Source: Bacillota bacterium
Lineage (GTDB): Bacteria; Bacillota; Clostridia; Christensenellales; Pumilibacteraceae
Assembly: GCA_009783515.1 (NCBI GenBank)
Contig: WRDI01000010.1
Span: 1-31,498 of the forward strand
Reading direction: 5' to 3'
Length of the DNA: 31,498 nucleotides
The notes below the pieces were generated by a model. That model saw only the letters and a program-made list of their open reading frames with translations, did not search any database and was not told the DNA's origin. Position numbers and translations under genes: made by a program. Positions 1 to 8,286 of this stretch are shown piece after piece (the stretch's first letter is position 1; the number at the start of each line of letters is the position of its first letter).

Positions 1-380
1 ACAACATCGGCTTTACAAAGGTGACGCAGCCCACGTTTTTGCTCGCCCTCACGCAGGAATCGCTTGACACTTACGCGAAATCTTTGCCCAAGGATTGCCT
101 AATTATGGCGGACGCGTCGCTCACTATTCCCGAGGGGATTCCCGAGGAAAGCGTCATGCTGGTGCCTATTTTGGAGACCGCCAAAGACAAGGTGGGCAAG
201 ACCTTTACCGCAAACATTGTGGCTTTGGGCGCGATAAACGAGGCGCTAAATTTGGTGCCGTTCGAAAACCTTGACGAGGCGGTAAAAAAGCATATTCCCG
301 CGGGGACGGAGGAATTGAACAGCAAGGCTTTGCAGGAAGGGCGGAATTTGAAGCCCGTGAGGAAGGGGAAGAAGGATTAG
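1..380 (+). CDS. 2-oxoacid:ferredoxin oxidoreductase gamma subunit. This is the C-terminal part of the gene, which probably continues upstream of the window.
   Basis: The open frame reaches the window edge. The translation (…TANIVALGAINEAL…) resembles gamma subunits of pyruvate/2-oxoglutarate:ferredoxin oxidoreductases. It sits directly upstream of sucCD, consistent with a 2-oxoglutarate to succinyl-CoA to succinate route. Stop TAG at 378-380. Confidence 0.55.
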   Translation, partial: NIGFTKVTQPTFLLALTQESLDTYAKSLPKDCLIMADASLTIPEGIPEESVMLVPILETAKDKVGKTFTANIVALGAINEALNLVPFENLDEAVKKHIPAGTEELNSKALQEGRNLKPVRKGKKD

Positions 381-440
381 TGGCCAGTGGCCAGAAAAGA
401 GGAGAGGATAGAGGGAAGAGGGATTAGTGGCGGTTGGGTT

Positions 441-676
441 AATTAAAAATTGACCGCTTAAAATTCCCCTCTTGAGGGGTGCCCACGAAGACACCTTGTT
501 TGAGGCGGGGTGGAAAGTCCGATGGTCAAAAAATAATTTTTTACTATCCGCCACACAAATGATTACCACTTTTTCACGCTGCCGACTGCGTTTTCCACCC
601 CGCCCCATGTCAGGGAAGCCTTCATGGGCACCCCTCAAGAGGGGAATTTTGAGCGGTTAGCTTTTAATTTTTTGTC
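441..676. repeat. Nested palindromic repeat element. Inverted repeats of about 50 bp (aattaaaaattgaccgcttaaaattcccctcttgaggggtgcccacgaag and its complement) flank a core of about 130 bp. The core carries its own inverted pair, gaggcggggtggaaag and ctttccaccccgcccc in the 29953-30404 copy.
   Basis: The inverted repeats can be read directly in the sequence. The motif aattcccctcttgaggggtgccc-acgaa recurs at 1947-1975 and, slightly diverged, at 30009-30030 and 30321-30347. Confidence 0.7.
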
Positions 677-718
677 TGACCTCGAAATCTCACTCATAAC
701 TCGCAAAAGGATGCAAAT

Positions 719-1876
719 ATGAAGATTCACGAATACCAAGCCAAGGAACTACTTATAAAATACGGCGTCAACGCGCAGGTTGGCGCGGTTGTGACCGACG
801 TTAATGACGCCGCGCAAGCCGCACAATGCTTAGGCGGGGAGGTCTTTGTCGTCAAGGCGCAGGTGCACGCGGGGGGCAGGGGGAAGGCGGGGGGCGTTAA
901 GCTCTGCCGCTCATTAGATGAGGTCACCGCCGCCGCGCAAACCATTTTGGGCATGCAAATGGTTACGCCGCAGACGGGCGCGGACGGCAAAATTGTCAAT
1001 AAAATATTAATTGATAAAGGGGTGAAAATCGCCAAGGAGTTTTACCTGTCGATAACTATGGCGGACACCCCCGTCGTCGTGGCGTCGGGCGAGGGCGGGA
1101 CCGAAATCGAGGAAACCGCCGCGACAAACCGCGACGCGATAGTGCGGCAAGTAGTCCCTTTTGAAACGGGATTAAAAGACTACCACGCCCGAAACGTGGG
1201 CAAAAAAATCGGCATCCCCGCCAATCTAATGCGAGATTTTTCAACCATGTTAAAGGGTATGTACAGGGTTTTTACCGAAAAGGACTGCTCGCTTGTCGAA
1301 ATCAATCCGCTTGTGATTACGGAGGACGGCACGTTGCTTGCCCTTGACGCGAAAATGAGCTTTGACGACAACGCACTGTTCCGCCACCCCGACGTTTTGG
1401 CTTTGCGCGACGAAGCGGAGGAGGACGTAAAAGAGGCGGAGGCGGCGAAATACGGGCTTTCTTACGTGTCCTTGGACGGCGACATCGGTTGCATGGTCAA
1501 CGGCGCGGGGCTCGCTATGGCTACAATGGACATCATAAAGGCGTACGGCGGGCGCCCCGCTAACTTTTTGGACGTGGGCGGCTCGGCAAGCGCGGAAAAA
1601 GTGGCGGCGGCGTTCAAAATCCTGCTTGCCGACAAGAATGTAAAGGCGATTTTGGTCAATATTTTCGGCGGAATCATGAAGTGCGACGTAATTGCGGAGG
1701 GAATAATTTCTGCGGCGAAAGAGGTTAATTTGGCGGTGCAGTTGGTGGTGCGGTTGGATGGAACAAACGTTAACGAGGGCAAAGAGAGGCTGCGGACGTC
1801 GGGGCTGAAACTTATTGCCGCGGGCGATTTGGGAGAAGCGGCGAGGGTAGTTTGTGCGGCGGTGGGCGGAGTTTAG
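719..1876 (+). CDS. sucC: Succinyl-CoA synthetase (ADP-forming) beta subunit.
   Basis: 385 aa. The N-terminus MKIHEYQAKELL…YGV is the ATP-grasp start typical of SucC. An RBS aaaagga lies upstream. The alpha subunit follows downstream. Confidence 0.95.
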   Translation: MKIHEYQAKELLIKYGVNAQVGAVVTDVNDAAQAAQCLGGEVFVVKAQVHAGGRGKAGGVKLCRSLDEVTAAAQTILGMQMVTPQTGADGKIVNKILIDKGVKIAKEFYLSITMADTPVVVASGEGGTEIEETAATNRDAIVRQVVPFETGLKDYHARNVGKKIGIPANLMRDFSTMLKGMYRVFTEKDCSLVEINPLVITEDGTLLALDAKMSFDDNALFRHPDVLALRDEAEEDVKEAEAAKYGLSYVSLDGDIGCMVNGAGLAMATMDIIKAYGGRPANFLDVGGSASAEKVAAAFKILLADKNVKAILVNIFGGIMKCDVIAEGIISAAKEVNLAVQLVVRLDGTNVNEGKERLRTSGLKLIAAGDLGEAARVVCAAVGGV

Positions 1877-1880
1877 GGTT

Positions 1881-2136
1881 TAATGCCCAATGCTCAATGC
1901 GCAATGCGGAGTGGCGGTCGGGGTTAAAGTAAAATGAGTTTAGCGCAATTCCCCTCTTGAGGGGTGCCCCACGAATGCTTCATTGACAGGGGGGCGGGGT
2001 GGCTGTTTTCCGGTGAGCGACATGGGGAAGGGTCGTGGAAGGACAAATTCTACGCCTTTCGAAGAGTAAATTTTTACGGTCAACTTTTTATTAAATTTGA
2101 CCTTCATTGAGCATTTAGCATTGCGCATTGAGCATT
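1881..2136. repeat. Heptad-inverted-array element between sucC and sucD. The left arm is a tandem of 7-mers AATGCNC (1881-1908). The right arm is a tandem GNGCATT/CATTGAG (2104-2136). The core contains the aattcccctcttgagggg hairpin motif.
   Basis: taatgcccaatgctcaatgcgcaatgcg is read against tcattgagcatttagcattgcgcattgagcatt. The right-end 40-mer is nearly identical to 27466-27507. Confidence 0.75.
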
Positions 2137-2165
2137 AAAAAGCAACTAAGCACTCGGGAGTCGAT

Positions 2166-3068
2166 ATGAGTATTTTAGTAAATAAGTCCAGCAAAGTAAT
2201 CGTCCAAGGCATAACTGGCGCGCACGGGCAGTTCCACGCCTCGCAGATGATGTCTTACGGCACAAAAGTGGTGGGCGGCGTCACCCCAGGAAAGGGCGGC
2301 GGCGAGATTTTGGGCGTCCCCGTATTCGACACTGTGGCGGAAGCGGTCGCGGCGACGGGGGCAAATGTTTCCGTTATATTCGTGCCTGCGGCGTTCGCCG
2401 CCGACGGAATTTTAGAGGCGGCAGACGCGGGGATAAGCCTTGTCGTGTGCATAACGGAAGGCATTCCCGTCCAAGACATGATGCGCGTCAAGGGTTACTT
2501 AAAAGACAAAAAGACCGTATTTTTAGGCGCGAACTGTCCCGGCATAATCACCCCCGGCGAGTGCAAGGCGGGGATTATGCCACCCGCCATACATAAAAAG
2601 GGGCGGGTGGGCGTGGTTTCGCGTAGCGGCACCCTGACCTACGAGGCAGTCAATCAATTAACCGTGCGCGGAATAGGACAGTCCACCGCGGTGGGCATCG
2701 GCGGCGACCCCATCAAGGGCTTGGGCTTTGTCGACGTTTTGAAGTTGTTCAACGAGGACAGCGAGACTTTGGCGGTGGTTTTGATAGGCGAAATCGGCGG
2801 CAGCGGGGAGGAGGACGCCGCCGAGTGGATTAAGGCAAACATGAAAAAGCCCGTCGCGGCGTTTATCGCGGGCGCGGCGGCTCCGCCTGGAAAGCGTATG
2901 GGACACGCGGGAGCGATTATCATGGGCGGCAAGGGCACGGCTTGCGGCAAGGTCGCGGCGCTGACTGACGCGGGAGTGGTTGTTACCGAGACTCCCGATA
3001 AGATAGGCGACGCGTTGGTTGAGGCGGTAAAGGCGGCGGGGCTGTACGAGCGGTGCTTGATAGGGTAG
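2166..3068 (+). CDS. sucD: Succinyl-CoA synthetase alpha subunit.
   Basis: 300 aa. The N-terminus [18 protein letters not shown]…[14 protein letters not shown] is a CoA-binding start. RBS gggag at 2156-2160. Confidence 0.95.
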   Translation: MSILVNKSSKVIVQGITGAHGQFHASQMMSYGTKVVGGVTPGKGGGEILGVPVFDTVAEAVAATGANVSVIFVPAAFAADGILEAADAGISLVVCITEGIPVQDMMRVKGYLKDKKTVFLGANCPGIITPGECKAGIMPPAIHKKGRVGVVSRSGTLTYEAVNQLTVRGIGQSTAVGIGGDPIKGLGFVDVLKLFNEDSETLAVVLIGEIGGSGEEDAAEWIKANMKKPVAAFIAGAAAPPGKRMGHAGAIIMGGKGTACGKVAALTDAGVVVTETPDKIGDALVEAVKAAGLYERCLIG

Positions 3069-3074
3069 GGGCAA

Positions 3075-4418
3075 TTGATTATGGATACGAATTTTTTAGC
3101 GGGCGTTGTTTTCAACGTTTTCACCGACGCGCTTATAAAGACTATTTCCGGTCCCGTTTTCATAGTCTTTTTGGTGATTGTTTTGGGTTACCTTTTGGGA
3201 AGGATAAACATCAAAGGAGTATCATTCGGTAGTTCGGGCGTGTTTATCGTGGCAATTGCCGCTGGGATTTTGTTATTTGTCGGCGGCGATAAGCTGATTT
3301 TTTCAAAAATAAACGAGGTTGACGGCAAGGAAGTATTAGAAAAAATAGGTTTTACGTGGATTAAGGAGCTTAACGGCGGCACGGTGATAAAAACCGTCAA
3401 GGACGTCGGCCTCGCGCTGTTTGTCACGGGTATCGGCTTTATCGCGGGACCCTCCTTTATTCGCAATTTTAAGAAGAAAGCCGTATCTTACGTTACGATG
3501 GGTGCGTCCGTTGTGGTAATAGGCACCGCGCTTTGCCTGCTTTTCTTGGCGTTGGACAGCTCGCTTAACACCGCCTCCGCCTTGGGACTTATGATGGGGG
3601 GTCTAAGTAGCACTCCCGGTCTTACCTCGGCGCAGGAGGTTTTGCCGGGGTCTAAAAGCGTCATTTCGGCGGCGTCGGGGCTTGTATATCCCGTCGGAGT
3701 TTTGGCGGTGGTTTTTTTTGTGCAGCTTATGCCCAAAATCCTGAAAAAGGATATGGCGGTCGAGGTGGCAAAGCTGAAAGCCGGTACGAATAAAAACGCT
3801 AAGGTTGTCGATGAAATACTTGTGGAAGAAAACCCCGCTATGGTCGCTCCGCTGCGCAAAAAGCGGATTATTTTCGATTCGTTAGGGCTTTGTATATTCG
3901 CCGTTGCGGTTGCGCTCGGCATGGTTTTGGGTGCGCTTACAATCCCACTCGGTTCTGCCGCCCGCTTTGCGCTCGGCACGACGGGCGGATGTTTGATTGT
4001 GGGGCTTTTGTTCGGGCATTTCGCACATATCGGTCCCGTTTCGTTAGAGGTTTCAAAAACCACGCTTAACCCCTTAAAAGAGCTTGGGTTGATTTTCTTT
4101 TTGGCGGCGTCAGGGATAGAGGGCGGTCTCGCGTTTTTGGATAATTTTCAGCCGATGCAGCTTTTGTACGGGACGCTGTTCGCCTTTGTCCCGATGATCG
4201 CCATTTATTTTATGGGTCGTTATTTGTTTAAGCTTGAACTTTTGAACAACCTCGGCACCGTCTGCGGAGCAATGACCTCGACGCCCGCGCTTGGCGCGCT
4301 TGTTTACGTTTCAAAAACCGACGACGTCGCGCAATCGTACGCTGCCGCCTACCCGATAGCCTTGTTTCTTTTGGTGCTTGCCCCGCAGATTGTCAATTTG
4401 ATTTTCCCCATGGGGTAG
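3075..4418 (+). CDS. AAE (aspartate:alanine exchanger / YidE-YbjL-SucE) family transporter. It is a compact form with two homologous membrane repeats and no TrkA_C domains.
   Basis: 447 aa. Two repeats each carry the family signatures: GxSxGSSGVF, GIGFIAGPSF and MGGLSSTPGLTSA in the first, and LGLIFFLAASGIEGG and CGAMTSTPALGA in the second. The start is either TTG at 3075 or ATG at 3081, only 7-13 nt after the sucD stop, suggesting translational coupling. Confidence 0.7.
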   Translation: MIMDTNFLAGVVFNVFTDALIKTISGPVFIVFLVIVLGYLLGRINIKGVSFGSSGVFIVAIAAGILLFVGGDKLIFSKINEVDGKEVLEKIGFTWIKELNGGTVIKTVKDVGLALFVTGIGFIAGPSFIRNFKKKAVSYVTMGASVVVIGTALCLLFLALDSSLNTASALGLMMGGLSSTPGLTSAQEVLPGSKSVISAASGLVYPVGVLAVVFFVQLMPKILKKDMAVEVAKLKAGTNKNAKVVDEILVEENPAMVAPLRKKRIIFDSLGLCIFAVAVALGMVLGALTIPLGSAARFALGTTGGCLIVGLLFGHFAHIGPVSLEVSKTTLNPLKELGLIFFLAASGIEGGLAFLDNFQPMQLLYGTLFAFVPMIAIYFMGRYLFKLELLNNLGTVCGAMTSTPALGALVYVSKTDDVAQSYAAAYPIALFLLVLAPQIVNLIFPMG

Positions 4419-4460
4419 CAAGGTTATAGCGCAACAGGGGTTAGAGATTGGGGATTAGAG

Positions 4461-4484
4461 GAGAGCCGCAGACGGCTTATTTTC
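4461..4484 (+). terminator. Weak candidate intrinsic terminator after the transporter gene.
   Basis: agccg-caga-cggct stem followed by tatttt. Confidence 0.3.
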
Positions 4485-4546
4485 CGATATTTTCGATTTA
4501 CCGTTTTTTCTTACGACAAATCGAAGTTTTTTGATTTATAAAAGCA

Positions 4547-4801
4547 TTATTTATTCTTTTCTTTCAGTATTTGTGCGATTTCGTTAATAGATTTCAACGC
4601 GCCGTCTAAGGCGTCCAACCTTAGTTGTTCCTTGATTTTTTCTCTATGTTCGTTGCTTGTAAAGTTTTCGCAAGTTTTAAATTGCGTTTCCTCTTTTTGA
4701 TGCTTTGAACAAAAGCCTTTGTTTAATTTTTCATAGCCACTGCTTCTTTGTTTGTAATAAGCGGAATAATATTCACAATTTCTGCATCTTTGACTTCTCA
4801 T
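4547..4801 (-). CDS. Small Cys-rich hypothetical protein (84 aa) in a low-GC island. Possible zinc-binding protein.
   Basis: Four cysteines (CxxC…C…C) and a C-terminal helical region. It is divergently transcribed from the XRE gene. An RBS aggagt and TTGACA/TATATA-like elements sit in the shared 80-bp region. AT-rich codon usage, unlike the neighbouring genes. Confidence 0.4.
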   Translation of the reverse strand: MRSQRCRNCEYYSAYYKQRSSGYEKLNKGFCSKHQKEETQFKTCENFTSNEHREKIKEQLRLDALDGALKSINEIAQILKEKNK

Positions 4802-4827
4802 TTCATACTCCTGTTGGCTATATTTTT

Positions 4828-4856
4828 TACAATTATATAGCTAATGGGAGTATAAT
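4828..4856 (+). promoter_or_regulatory. Putative sigma-A promoter for the XRE gene (-35 ttacaa, -10 tataat). It overlaps a divergent promoter for 4547-4801.
   Basis: tataat at 4851-4856 with ttacaa 18 nt upstream. On the opposite strand there is a TTGACA-N16-TATATA arrangement. Confidence 0.4.
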
Positions 4857-4880
4857 GTCAACGAAAAGGATGATAGAAAT

Positions 4881-5084
4881 ATGAATTTTGAAAAAATAAT
4901 AAAAGAACTCAGGGAACAAAATAATTATTCCCAGTCGTTTGTTGCAAAAAAATTAGGTATAAGACAATCCTCATACAGCAAATATGAGGCCGGTAAGTCA
5001 AGGCCCGAATACGAGAACTTGGTCAAACTTGCAAGATTATACGACGTAAGTATCGACTGTTTACTCGAAAACGAGTTAATATAG
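4881..5084 (+). CDS. XRE-family helix-turn-helix transcriptional regulator (67 aa).
   Basis: …QSFVAKKLGIRQSSYSKYEAGKSRP… is a canonical HTH_3 motif. A -10 tataat lies upstream. Confidence 0.8.
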   Translation: MNFEKIIKELREQNNYSQSFVAKKLGIRQSSYSKYEAGKSRPEYENLVKLARLYDVSIDCLLENELI

Positions 5085-5162
5085 CCGTTACAAACCCGCT
5101 CTTTGCCCCCGAAAATAATGCCTAACGTACCTTTGCCGGGGTAATAATTTTAAAAATTTTGT

Positions 5163-6164
5163 ATGAATTCGGAGGTTTTTATGAATATGTTAGGTTTTGC
5201 GATATTCGGTCTTGAAATAAGCGGAGACGTGCTTATCGCGACAATCGTAGGCGGGCTAATCGCCGGGTATTTCGGTATACTTTTCAGAAACAAGGAAACC
5301 CGCAACAGGGCAAGCGAAAGTTTTATCAAAAATAAAATAACGGCATACGAAGAAATAAGAAAATTTTGTGCATGCTTTTTTGAGCGCGACTTTGCGGGCA
5401 TTAAGGATACTTGTTGTATCAGAAAAGAATTTAAAAATAATGATTTGGAAATAAGTTTTTCCAAGGTGCTTGCCTGCCGTGAAAAATTAGATAAACGATC
5501 TGTCGAAATTCACTGCTATATTATTTTGAAGCACCAGTTTTTTATTGAACGGAAGCTGCTGAAAAAGCTTTTATCGTTGCGCGAAGCATTATTCCGTTTA
5601 AGCAACCTTTACAAAAGCGATGACTACATAAATAATTTTGACAACGATGTCCGCGTCGCTTTTATGGCGACTCAGGAAATCGTAATATTGTGCAATCAGA
5701 TATACCGCGATGTTTTCCACTTTTACAACCGACCTATATTTTTACGGTTCGGCAAGCTTGTAAGCGAAAAGGAGGAAATAAAAAACAAACTAAAAGAAAG
5801 CAAATTTTGGGGCAAAAGCGATTCTACGGTAGCTTATCTTTGCAGAAAAGAAAAGACCGACGGTGAAGCGTACAAATATGCTTTAGCGGACTGGAATAAT
5901 AAAGCCTACCGCAACCGCTTTAATAAAGACAACGACGCGTTAATATGCAAAGACATATGTAAATGCGAAGATAGCTGTTGGGAAAAAAAGAAACGGGAGT
6001 ATAGCGCCGGTATTGTTGAATTTAGGGTTAAGACGGCAAGGGACGAGGAGGAGGAAAAACTCGCCATAGAACAACTTACAAGAGAAAAGCTTGCCAAAGA
6101 AGTCGAAAAACTCGCACAGGAAGTCGAAAAACTTACTAAAGAAAATCCCAATCAAAACACTTGA
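5163..6164 (+). CDS. Hypothetical membrane-anchored protein with a C-terminal coiled-coil (low-GC island). The likely true start is ATG 5181 (MNMLGF…).
   Basis: The ggagg RBS at 5171-5175 favours a 5181 start. There is an N-terminal transmembrane helix (LGFAIFGLEISGDVLIATIVGGLIAGYFGILF), a Cys/Lys-rich soluble region and a C-terminal heptad repeat KLAKEVEKLAQEVEKLTKE. I recognise no family for it. Confidence 0.5.
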   Translation: MNSEVFMNMLGFAIFGLEISGDVLIATIVGGLIAGYFGILFRNKETRNRASESFIKNKITAYEEIRKFCACFFERDFAGIKDTCCIRKEFKNNDLEISFSKVLACREKLDKRSVEIHCYIILKHQFFIERKLLKKLLSLREALFRLSNLYKSDDYINNFDNDVRVAFMATQEIVILCNQIYRDVFHFYNRPIFLRFGKLVSEKEEIKNKLKESKFWGKSDSTVAYLCRKEKTDGEAYKYALADWNNKAYRNRFNKDNDALICKDICKCEDSCWEKKKREYSAGIVEFRVKTARDEEEEKLAIEQLTREKLAKEVEKLAQEVEKLTKENPNQNT

Positions 6165-6228
6165 TAACTGCGTTGTATCCATGTATCGGGTATAAAGCGG
6201 ATAAAAGAAAACAAAATGGAAATGGAAT

Positions 6229-6268
6229 AAAAAGGGACGGAATATAATATGCCGCCCCTGTGCTTTTT
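6229..6268. terminator. Bidirectional intrinsic terminator between the convergent island gene and degV.
   Basis: aaaaagggacgg…ccgcccc stem with one mismatch. It is followed by tgcttttt on the + strand and ttttt on the - strand. Confidence 0.5.
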
Positions 6269-6297
6269 ACCTTATGCTTTTGATTGCCCGTTGTTTT

Positions 6298-7179
6298 CTA
6301 CAAAACCCTCTCCTTCCCCTCAAAAATAATCCCCAAAGTCCCCGGACCGGTGTGCGAGCCGATTATGGGACCCACCCACGTCGTCGTTATTTTGCCCTTG
6401 CACCCCGCGCCGCGCAAAATTTTTAACATATCCGCAAGAGTGTCGTCCGCGTCCGCCGTCGCAATCCAAATTTCCACGTTTTTGTAGTCGTAACTTAAGT
6501 CCTTCAGCTTTTCAAGCAGATACATAAGGGCTTTTTTTATGCCCTTCGCCTTGTGCACGACGGTCAGCCCACCCATTTTGTTGAAAATAAAAATCGGCTT
6601 GATGTTAAGCATGGTGCCGAATACCGCCGCCGCGCCGCTTATCCTGCCGCCGCGCCGCAAATGCATAAGGTTATCCGCCACAACCCACACCTGAACGTTG
6701 TTCCGCATGGCGTTAAGCCGGTCGGCGACCGTTTTGGCGTCAAAGCCCTCGTCCCGCATTTTTTGGGCTTTATCCAGCATATAGCCGTGCACGCCCGTCG
6801 CGCCGCCGCTGTCCACGACAAAAATTTCGGCGCCCGGGTAGTTTTTTAATACCTCTCCGGCAGCCATAACCGCGGCGTCATAAGTCGCGGACAGCCCCGA
6901 CGACAGCGTGATATGCACCATGCTTTTCACGCCGCCGCTCAAAAGTTCGCTAAAGTACGCGATGTGCTCCTCGGGGTTGATTTGCGAGGTGGTGGGCAAC
7001 GCGCCCGCCCTAATCTTGCGGTAAAACTCTCTAAATTCCTCGTCCGAGTCGAACTCGTCGAAAAAGGTTTCACCGTTCATGGTAAAGGTCAGCGGGATAT
7101 AGGGTATGCCGTCTTTTCGCAAGGTGGAGCGCATGTAATCGCAGGATGTGTCCGTGCTTAACAAAAATTTGTGTTCCAT
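6298..7179 (-). CDS. DegV-family (EDD-fold) fatty-acid-binding protein.
   Basis: 293 aa. MEHKFLLSTDTSCD…, GATGVHGY and …IGSHTGPGTLGI are typical DegV features. Confidence 0.9.
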   Translation of the reverse strand: MEHKFLLSTDTSCDYMRSTLRKDGIPYIPLTFTMNGETFFDEFDSDEEFREFYRKIRAGALPTTSQINPEEHIAYFSELLSGGVKSMVHITLSSGLSATYDAAVMAAGEVLKNYPGAEIFVVDSGGATGVHGYMLDKAQKMRDEGFDAKTVADRLNAMRNNVQVWVVADNLMHLRRGGRISGAAAVFGTMLNIKPIFIFNKMGGLTVVHKAKGIKKALMYLLEKLKDLSYDYKNVEIWIATADADDTLADMLKILRGAGCKGKITTTWVGPIIGSHTGPGTLGIIFEGKERVL

Positions 7180-7523
7180 AAAAATATTGTTTCTCCGCTG
7201 TGTTTAGTATTTCCACAATAATCGGACGGTATCAGCATATACTAAGCCTCCGTCATTATATTATGTTTCAAACCGCTTGCAAAGCAAAACCCGCCTCTCT
7301 AATCGTTTTCTAATCAATTTTTAATATACTCCTAATTTATTTGCGGTAATTTGCGGTAAAAAAGGCAAAAACCTGTCAAAAATTTCTGGATTTTTATCGC
7401 GGAATAATATATACTATATACGGTTGGCTGTGTATAAGGGGGAGGGTGCGGCTTTTGGTTAAACCTTTTGGATATGCCCTTTGCCCGCCGCCGCGATATT
7501 TTGGTACAAAGAGGTAAAGAATT

Positions 7524-8117
7524 ATGTGGTGGGACGGATTACATACCTTGCAGCAGGCGACGTTTATTATCGGTTGCGCGACATTAGCTTTTATGATAGT
7601 CCAAATTATACTAATGCTTATCGGCTTTACGCAGGACGACGCATTTAGTAGCGACGGGGATTTGGACGCGATCGGCGACGCAGACCTTGTTAACAACGAG
7701 GGTCCGACCACGCTGGGCTTAAAGATTATCAGCGTGAGGACGGTTATCGCGTTTTTGTGCCTCGGGTCGTTTACCGTGTACTTTGTAATGTTCAGTCTGC
7801 CGTGGTGGGCGGCGGTGCTTATCGGGATCGCGGTGGGCGGCGTTGCCGGCCTTTTGATGGGGCTTGCCATAAACGCTCTTGCCAAAATGCAGACCAGCGG
7901 TAACATAGACATTAACAACTGTGTGGGTAAAACGGGCGAGGTGTATTTGACAATTCCCGCCTCGCGCGCGGGCATGGGCAAGGTCAACGTGCTTGTTCAG
8001 GAGCGTTTAAGCGAGTTCGCGGCAGTCACCGACAGCCCCGAGCCGATTAAGACGGGTGCGGGAGTCAGGATTTTGGACGTGAGCGGGGAGCATGTGTTGG
8101 TGGTGGAACCGTTTTAG
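7524..8117 (+). CDS. NfeD-like membrane protein (flotillin-associated, with a C-terminal OB-fold).
   Basis: 197 aa. Hydrophobic N-terminal helices are followed by …GKTGEVYLTIPASRAGMGKVNVLVQERL…VRILDVSGEHVLVVEP. It lies directly upstream of a flotillin/SPFH gene, the canonical pairing. Confidence 0.8.
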   Translation: MWWDGLHTLQQATFIIGCATLAFMIVQIILMLIGFTQDDAFSSDGDLDAIGDADLVNNEGPTTLGLKIISVRTVIAFLCLGSFTVYFVMFSLPWWAAVLIGIAVGGVAGLLMGLAINALAKMQTSGNIDINNCVGKTGEVYLTIPASRAGMGKVNVLVQERLSEFAAVTDSPEPIKTGAGVRILDVSGEHVLVVEPF

Positions 8118-8233
8118 AATGCTCAATGCGCAATGCTCAATGTGCAATGAAGGGCAAATTTTAGTTATGTGCCGTGAACGTCAGACAATATACTCTCAAA
8201 AAAACACTACCATAATTGAGCATTGAGCATTCA
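8118..8233. repeat. Heptad-inverted-array element between nfeD and the flotillin gene. The arms are aatgctcaatgcgcaatgctcaatgtgcaatgaag and aattgagcattgagcattca.
   Basis: Read directly in the sequence. Five tandem AATGNNC units are followed by a core of about 60 nt and then inverted CATTGAG units. Confidence 0.75.
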
Positions 8234-8286
8234 AACGACAGATATTATTTATGTAAAAAAATTTTTATATATAGGAGGTAAGAACA

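Noticed and set aside
4440-6290. Prophage or integrative element boundaries for the low-GC island
   Set aside because: There is no integrase, recombinase or tRNA target, and I could find no convincing flanking direct repeats. I report it as an island of foreign composition only.
7394-7987. 197-aa ORF antisense to nfeD
   Set aside because: It overlaps the NfeD gene entirely on the opposite strand, has a Pro/Ser/Ile-rich composition, no RBS and no family signal. This is a typical shadow ORF in GC-rich DNA. Other antisense or overlapping ORFs in the track are rejected for the same reason: 71-325, 246-638, 727-1035, 2654-3163, 3488-4063, 8892-9317, 9327-9686, 13411-13863, 26906-27391, 28601-29101 and 29648-30058.
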